A stretch of 64,000 nt of DNA from NCBI GenBank assembly GCA_002633005.1, contig NMRA01000194.1:375074-439073 (forward strand), given 5' to 3'. Position 1 is the first letter of the stretch. Each line of letters begins with the position of its first letter. The notes under the pieces are model-generated. The model made no database searches, was not told where the DNA came from, and saw only the letters and a program-made list of their open reading frames with translations. Both the position numbers and the translations under genes were made by a program. Source of the stretch: Phoronis australis (lineage: Eukaryota; Animalia; Phoronida). Of the stretch, positions 57,501 to 64,000 are shown one piece after another.

Positions 57501-60500
57501 AGCGTAAAAGAAAATTACCCTATAGTATCACCAATATGATCAAACTGATGTTAAGTTTTCTAAATTATTCCGTTTTGTCCAATTTAAAAATCAGAAATCT
57601 TAATTCTTGATAGCCCCTCTCACAAGCGAAAGAAAAAAAAATAGTAACAATTTCTTGTGGCATTTTGGAAAATAGAACATAAACCATGAGTAGCACGTAA
57701 AAGAATCCAATCATGCATTTCTGAGATGCGTTGTTCCAAAGTTAGCCAAATTTGGAATTTTTCTTAAGTTGTACATAACCTTAGTGTCATCAAAGGAATG
57801 TTCATGGATTATAATGCTCTGTTTAAAAAATCAACATTTTTATTGTTGATTAAACTTGGGTGAATATTATTTTTCACAATTACTAAACACAGTGTATTGT
57901 TGTTGCATTCTTTTCACTCAGTAATTCTGACTGGCATGTGGTTACATGCAACTGATTGACATATTAACCACATTATGACTTAGCAAAACTGTTGACACTT
58001 TACCTGCTAGAAAGCCATAAGTCAGCACAATAACGCCCACATTTTGTGCCAGGCTCATCAGTCCCATAACCCCACCCAATAGCACATATCCAGGGATCAC
58101 TAGTACACGGTAGCTGAATCTGGATACCAAGTAACTGAAGAGGGGCGCTGAAAAGAACCAACAGACACTTTGATATAGCCTGTATCATAGCAGTATTAGT
58201 AGTAAAATTTCACCAATTTTAGACAAGAAATTACTGCCAAATTTGCCCGTTTTTCTTTCTCACTAGCTTCAAACGTGAATACTCGCAATTTCTGTGATTC
58301 AGACCTTGAACATGTGAAGGCATAACTTTTGTGCTTCATATCTTTCGTGAAAAAAATGAAAAAGTCACTTGTCAACTATATTGTGTCCTAAATTCAATTT
58401 GATGAAATTTTGTGGCTGTGTCTTGTTTGAACATCCTGGTTAGCCAGCTAATAAAGTGTTGGTGGTTTTGGCAATGCAAAAGGTCTGTGCTGGATTATTT
58501 TAGCAGGAGCTGGAGTTGCTGTGTTTGCGAATACTGTATCTGCATCAGCAGATTCTCTAGTCTTGAATATACAGCTGTTAGGATTTGTTCGGTCTGGTGA
58601 TATGGGGTACCAGTCTTGTTTTCCGACTCAAGTCAATTTCAGTGTGTGGTATAACTATTGTAGAGTAATGAATTTAATATAAACTTAAGTTTTACTTACT
58701 AGCTGCATAAAGTATGCAGACTGCTAGTCCTCCTGCAGAGGCCATCCCAGTCACTCCACAATAGGTGTCGTTACTGCCGGCTTCTCTGATAACCACCCGG
58801 TGTGTAGAGTGTGTACACCAGGCCTCCAGTAGGATCCCGTATGAGAAGGTGAACCCAGCCAGCTGACTAGTACAAAAGGTACACACACTGAGTACCAGCC
58901 AAGCATAGCCTCGGTCTAGGTGTCGGATGTTGTGGAGCAAGTCCTCTTCACTTGGCTCTGAGATTTCCTCGATGGATAATCTGTCGGATGACTTTGTCTT
59001 GTTCATTTGTTCAATAGGTGGCGTCTTGGTTGATTTTATGTTGTTTTCTTGCTTATTGAGCAGTGTTGCTTTTGAATTTTTGCTGCATATGTGATGATTT
59101 GCCAACGCATCAGGTGACGTCTTGTCACCTACATATTGATTGGTCAATATTCTGGTTTCGTTCGTGTTGTCCACCTTTTGATTTGTCAATGTCTTGTCCA
59201 TTTGGTGCTTGGACGACATGTTGGATGACTTCTTGCTGTACGTCTGCTCAGTTTGTTGTGAATCCGACAACTTCCTGTCACCCTTATTTTCTGTAGATGA
59301 TGTGCTGAGTGATCTTACAACATCTTCTCGCTCTTTGTTCAACATGTTTGGTGACATGCCATCATCCTGTTCATTCAGTAATATCTCACGCGCAGTCATG
59401 TTGATCATATGGTTACACTTGGTAATGGGCTTTTCATGTAATGTTAATGACTTTTGGGGGTTTAAAACAGTTGTGTTGTCACAACTATGTGGACTTCAGT
59501 CTTCAAAGTCATGCCACCATTTATTTTTCGACTTGCATGGATTCCGTGTAATGTTTGTGTATAACTGAAGACTGCTCGGGCTGGTTTCTGTTGGCAAAAC
59601 TTTTGCTGGCTTGTGTTGTGCACCTGATGTTGTCTGAAGGTTTCAGTCAAACTTGCAATTATGACCTCAGCATGACGTCAGTTTTAATGAGGAATCTCTG
59701 ACCTATTCTTGCTTTCTCCGTTAGTTTTTTAGACAGTATACTCCTGTTTTTGATAATGTTAGAAATTGGGTCAAGAAACGGCGCTCATTTATTTTAATTT
59801 GTCATATTGTATAAAAGCTCGTTGACATCAAAATACTTTTTGGCAGCCTTTGATGTTAAAACGGACTAATTGATCTATTTAATAATCAAATCTTTAGAAA
59901 AAGTTCATTTATTATAATAAAAGTGGTTGTTTGGCAGAATATAAGATCAAGTGGTCAGGCTTCAGGTAAGATATGAAATTCTTTATGACTTAAGCTATTC
60001 AAAATACTGCACATGAGTTATTTAGGAAATAAAAAATTGATGTCACAAAATTGCCCTATTTCTAACAGCTGTAAATGTTAACAAATTTTCAAAATATTGT
60101 TTGATGGTAGCTACAGAAAATCTTCATTTTTTGGCCGACAACTAAAATCCTATTTTGCCAAATTCCTCCACAAAAACGAAAATTAAGTCTAGTTTGTACG
60201 GAGAAGATGCCATAAACAGCAGCACCTCTGGCCAAAATATAACTCTAGCATTTTTGCCAGTTTTGTGATCCTAATATTGATGACACGTTTGCTATTCCCA
60301 TGTTGTATTATTTTCTTATTTCATTTCCAGGATGCCAGTGTAATTCCTCAACTAATCAGCCTGCTGAACAGATCTGTGTGTACACAGGAGTGCATCACCA
60401 AGATCATAGCCCACTGTTGCCTGGTATGTCGTCTCTCTCAGAGTCAGCATAAGAAAGGTCACTGTGGCTTAAGTTATTTAGGACCCTCGAAAAATGTCCT

Positions 60501-63500
60501 AACATGGCTGCAACATCACATCTCAGAAATCTCTGATCGTATTCATATGAAATCTTCAGATACTTTGCTTTATACACAGTTCTTCAAACTGTTGGGAATT
60601 GTTTCTAGAAAGTTCCACTTTTGCATGAGGGGCTGTCTTGAAATGGAACCTTTTGATTTTCTTGAAAAAGTCGCAAGAATTGGAAATGAAATGATGTTTC
60701 AGAAAACTGTTAACAGCATTTTTGAGATCCCATCTTGAGCACCAAAATCAAATAAAATTTTATCATGTTATTGATTTCATTGCTTTGCTTAAAATGAATC
60801 TTTCTTTTTGGTAAAGTGTACTTAAAACATGTGGTCTCATGACACAATTAATGGAATATTGCCAGAAGTTAATTCCAAAGCTTTCTACTTTCAGAAATAT
60901 ATACCTTAATTTATTGATTTAAAATCTATAGTTTTGTACGTATTTGGCTAACTTGTTAACAAAGTCTGACATTAACCTTTAGAAAGCCTGTAATATTTTG
61001 ATTTTTGACTTTATACCAATCTGGTATTAATTGGCAGGGTCATGTGAATATGCCTTTTCAATAAAAAATTGTAAAAAAGAAAGGTACAGCCTTAGGAAAA
61101 AAAGATAACAAAATTTTGTTCAATATGTTCATGATGGAGTCTCAAAAACACTGTTACAGTTTTCTAATTTTATCATTTGTTTTTTTTTCTTTTCATGTAA
61201 AGTTTGAGTTTTTTCATCTGAATCATAAAAGTCCTATTTTTGATAGTGGAAAATTTAAATACGATTCCTTACAGCATTTTGGAGAAGAGTGTATAATGAA
61301 ACCAGTGTTGGTCACTCTGGTAGAAATATTTTAAAGCGGCACTAAACCAGTCCTGTGTTTTCTGTCAAAAAGCTTTATTTAGGCCACTTGTTATTACAAA
61401 ATAAGCCTTGTCTTTTTTATAAGTGTTCATTGGGCTCTAGAAGAACTAAGAGTTCCTTGTTTCTTCAGACCAAGCTTTTAAAATTTCAGGTGATGTCCTA
61501 ACTTGAAATTGCACAACATTGGTCTGATGATATATAGATCTATCGATTCTTTTCAACCTTTAAAGGAACAGGTTGAGACCAGTTTCGTAACCGTCAGTGG
61601 CCGAAATTAAAATTTGTTTTTAGAAAGTATCCGTTTAATGCCTCTTTAAGAAATTAGCAACTTTCTATCTTTGCCATTTGCGATGCTGAATTGTGAAATC
61701 CTATTAATACTTCTAGCAGAAGTCTTTTGTCTAGGCATAACGTATTTTGTGTGTGATTGTTATTCGGCAACTGGCCGTGTGGGATTGACAGCTTTTATTG
61801 CCCTGTAAGTGTCAAAGAGTCAACTTCAGTGTAGGGAACTTGCTCACAGTATTCCCCTGTATACGAGAATTCATTTTTGGACACGGAATAATTATACTTC
61901 CCGTTGTCACTCGTTGTGCATGCAGTACAAGCCGAATGAAAACGGACAAAATAACCATATCCTAGTCATGACGATCTGTCTGCCTTAAAAGATTTCTGGC
62001 TTTTTCCAGCTGAAAATGATGAGGAACGACTCTTCCTGTAGTTGTAATATCTTTTTGCAATCTTCCAGTGCTGCTACATTGACCTATGAGTGTACAAGTG
62101 CAATACACTAACACCATCTGATCAACAACTTGATTATCGTTGTGCTGTGTGTTGTTCAGTGAAAGTTTTACCATGTTTTAGTTGGTCAAAATACCCGTTT
62201 ACTAGCATGTGCTCGGACGTGGCTTTAACTCTGGGCTTTAATGTGTTATGATGACGTACGTATATATAAACTCGGTTTCAAAATTATCATTACAAATATT
62301 AATCCATTTGCAAAATACATGCCGGAGGTAAAAGGAGTGTCCTCGTGAAATTTTTATCGCGGTTTTGAGTTTTAAATGCGCAGACATTATACTAAATTCT
62401 TGCTGTTCATCGATCATGCATAATGCAGTTCTGATAGAAACGTGATTCTAGAGTGCTTCCCATAGTTTACAGCGGTCTTTGACGGCTGTCACAAGCAGTA
62501 ATGTGATGATGTGTGACTCAGTTAGACTTGCATATATCTTATATGTNAGTTACAAGGAAAAAATGGCGGCGTTCAGGGCAAGTTCCTGAACTGATGAGCC
62601 AGAAATGTGGGTACGGAAATAACCGATGACAACCGGTAATCATACGCTCAGAGAAAAGGGTCGAATACGGTTGAAAAATCGCTTTTGGCAAGAAAGGCGA
62701 AAAGAATATAAAGAAAGGGTGTCGAAAATAAGATTTTATGTAGTAAGTATTTTCAGATACTAGAACCACATAGGCAGTTTGCAACAAGGACTTTAATGTG
62801 TTATGATGACGTACGTATATATAAACTCAGTTTCAAAATTATCATTACAAATATTAATCCATTTGCAAAATACATGCCGGAGGTAAAAGGAGTGTCCTCG
62901 TGAAATTTTTATCGCGGTTTTGAGTTTTAAATGCGCAGACATTATACTAAATTCTTGCTGTTCATCGATCATGCATAATGCAGTTCTGATAGAAACGTGA
63001 TTCTAGAGTGCTTCCCATAGTTTACAGCGGTCTTTGATGGCTGTCACAAGCAGTAATGTGATGATGTGTGACTCAGTGAGACATGCATATATCTTATATG
63101 TTTGCTCGCTGGGTACCACAGTGTGTGTTGTGTACACTTCATTAGATCCCGACTATAGGATTTTATAGTGAATATCTTTTGAAATTCAAACACTAGAGTT
63201 TCATCTCTAACAGTTTGTACAGCCTTTTTGCCTCAATTAATTAGAAAACAAAGCTGTCAATGGAAAATTAGTTTGTATTATTTTCACTTGAGTAACTTTC
63301 CAGTGAAGTCAGTCATCATAACGGGGAATTTCACTTTATCTCGGCCGTTGTCATGGAGAAGGACAAGTCATTTTGTCTGCTTACTTTTGCCATGTACTAT
63401 AGAAGTGCTTCCCAGTACCACCAGGTGTCACCAGGTGTGGGGGGTCCGGTGTGATCACTCGGCATTGGTTTGTGAAGTTTTCAAATGATGCCATTGGTGC

Positions 63501-63870
63501 AAACCAAATACCATTTGGTATACTCTCTTAGTACTCTAACTGCTGGTCTCATGTTTTGAGAACCAGTTTTCTTCACTGAATAACTGGCATCAAACTGTTT
63601 CTCAAAATCCAGGACCCCTATAAGTGACTATTGCCTTGCATTGCTTAGTTTTACTTAATTCCTTCTCTTCTCAGTTACTGAGTGTGTTTTGTTCCATTCG
63701 ATCTTCTTCACAGAGTCTTGAGCAACAGTTGACCCTGTGTGACCTTGGCCTCATCGATGCCCTTGCGCCTCTGTTAACATGTGACATTGCCCGGGTACAG
63801 ATGCCTGCTATCTGCTGCCTGACATCGCTGTGTTATCAGAACACAGAGGTCTCTGTAATCATCAGTACAG
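43110..63870 (+). CDS. ARMC8: Armadillo repeat-containing protein 8 (GID5, CTLH complex), 5' part; continues beyond the window
   Basis: In-frame exons: 43110-43121 (tentative), 47614-47687, 48906-48977, 50710-50852, 51049-51146, 60331-60423, 63714-63870. Peptides NTVIGSRKQK, AAVVLGSLA, KYVEACLRCLRTIF, DASVIPQLISLL and IIAHCC match my recollection of the vertebrate ARMC8 N-terminus. Confidence 0.9.
44527..46600 (+). mobile_element. Possible decayed hAT element: left end plus transposase remnant
   Basis: CAGTGTT terminus, then five subterminal repeats of about 20 bp (cgtcctgttt) at 44561-44660; broken frames near 45950-46190 give PWL...LCSFCK...CTSFRTS, resembling a TTF zinc finger; no right end found. 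Confidence 0.3.
47614..47687 (+). CDS. ARMC8: ARMC8 exon (ETDDDESFVQNLFSYNSGNWHSAC)
   Basis: tttttattttgtag acceptor, ag|gtaaac donor; phase 0 to 2; resembles the YVDRLF segment. Confidence 0.75.
48906..48977 (+). CDS. ARMC8: ARMC8 exon (NIRNTVIGSRKQKSYFINVGILPR)
   Basis: ttacag acceptor, ag|gtatga donor; N.VIG..KQK motif. Confidence 0.9.
50710..50852 (+). CDS. ARMC8: ARMC8 exon (LLQLM...EAAVVLGSLA...LFK)
   Basis: tctctag acceptor, g|gtaacg donor. Confidence 0.92.
51049..51146 (+). CDS. ARMC8: ARMC8 exon (GVTQPCLKYVEACLRCLRTIFT...CE)
   Basis: cttgcag acceptor, gag|gtaatg donor; EACLRCLRTIF motif. Confidence 0.93.
51145..51319 (+). repeat. Minisatellite, 44 bp x4, each unit containing the ARMC8 splice donor
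   Basis: aggtaatgtagcctacaacatgcatctctgagctatacatgacc starting at 51145, 51189, 51233 and 51277. Confidence 0.95.
51742..59408 (-). CDS. Monocarboxylate-transporter-like MFS protein (SLC16 family), about 936 aa, nested antisense in an ARMC8 intron
   Basis: Eight GT-AG exons: 59408-58700, 58147-58004, 57275-57075, 55741-54743, 54181-54092, 53594-53421, 52873-52751, 52112-51742; total 2811 nt in frame. SLC16 motifs: DRGYAWLV before TM1, FFKQRLSLA between TM4 and TM5, GTVYDST before TM12; long central hydrophilic loop. The start codon is the least certain element. Confidence 0.85.
54264..54566. repeat. Compound (CTA)n/(CTG)n trinucleotide microsatellite abutting a gap
   Basis: Imperfect cta run, then a pure ctg run up to the Ns at 54567-54589; lies in an intron of the nested transporter. 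Confidence 0.95.
60331..60423 (+). CDS. ARMC8: ARMC8 exon (DASVIPQLISLLNRSVCTQECITKIIAHCCL)
   Basis: tttccag acceptor, ctg|gtatgt donor. Confidence 0.92.
62236..63101. repeat. Near-identical direct duplication of about 311 bp (62236-62546 and 62791-63101)
   Basis: Four substitutions seen between copies; the first copy ends exactly at a single N (62547). Confidence 0.9.
63714..63870 (+). CDS. ARMC8: ARMC8 exon (SLEQQLTLCDLG...VQMPAICCL...)
   Basis: cttcacag acceptor, ag|gtaccc donor. Confidence 0.88.
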
Positions 63871-64000
63871 GTACCCTTGACTGTTGATTCTCGATGACTG
63901 CATAGTGCTGGAATGAGGTTATTTATTGGTTTAGGAATTTTATCTCAATCGTTTTAAGTGAACTTTGGGGATCTGCCACTTACATAGAAAGTGGGTTACC

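Overview
AT-rich, intron-rich animal genomic DNA, probably a marine invertebrate; the species cannot be determined from the sequence. It contains three N gaps. Four protein-coding genes were reconstructed by hand from splice sites and motifs. (1) The 3' eight coding exons of MGAT5/GnT-V (+, 2558-18178). (2) A complete 7-coding-exon DBR1 lariat debranching enzyme (-, 34416-23262, 575 aa). (3) The 5' exons of ARMC8 (+, about 43110 to beyond the window end), divergent from DBR1. (4) A complete 8-exon SLC16/MCT-like transporter (-, 59408-51742, about 936 aa) nested antisense inside one ARMC8 intron. The non-coding DNA is dense with DNA transposons, MITEs, SINE heads and tandem repeats. Most notable is a 2.0-kb internally deleted Kolobok transposon in DBR1 intron 5 (TTAA duplication, 158-bp TIRs, THAP ORF plus an antisense KolX/P2X7-ballast-like Cys-rich ORF), whose KolX acceptor site is in frame with DBR1. 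Also notable are a Helentron-type element carrying 13 co-oriented CTCF-like motifs at about 150-bp spacing, a 44-bp tandem repeat that quadruplicates an ARMC8 splice donor, and an apparent charge swap of the MCT TM8 ion pair. No database searches were run, so family assignments rest on motif recognition.
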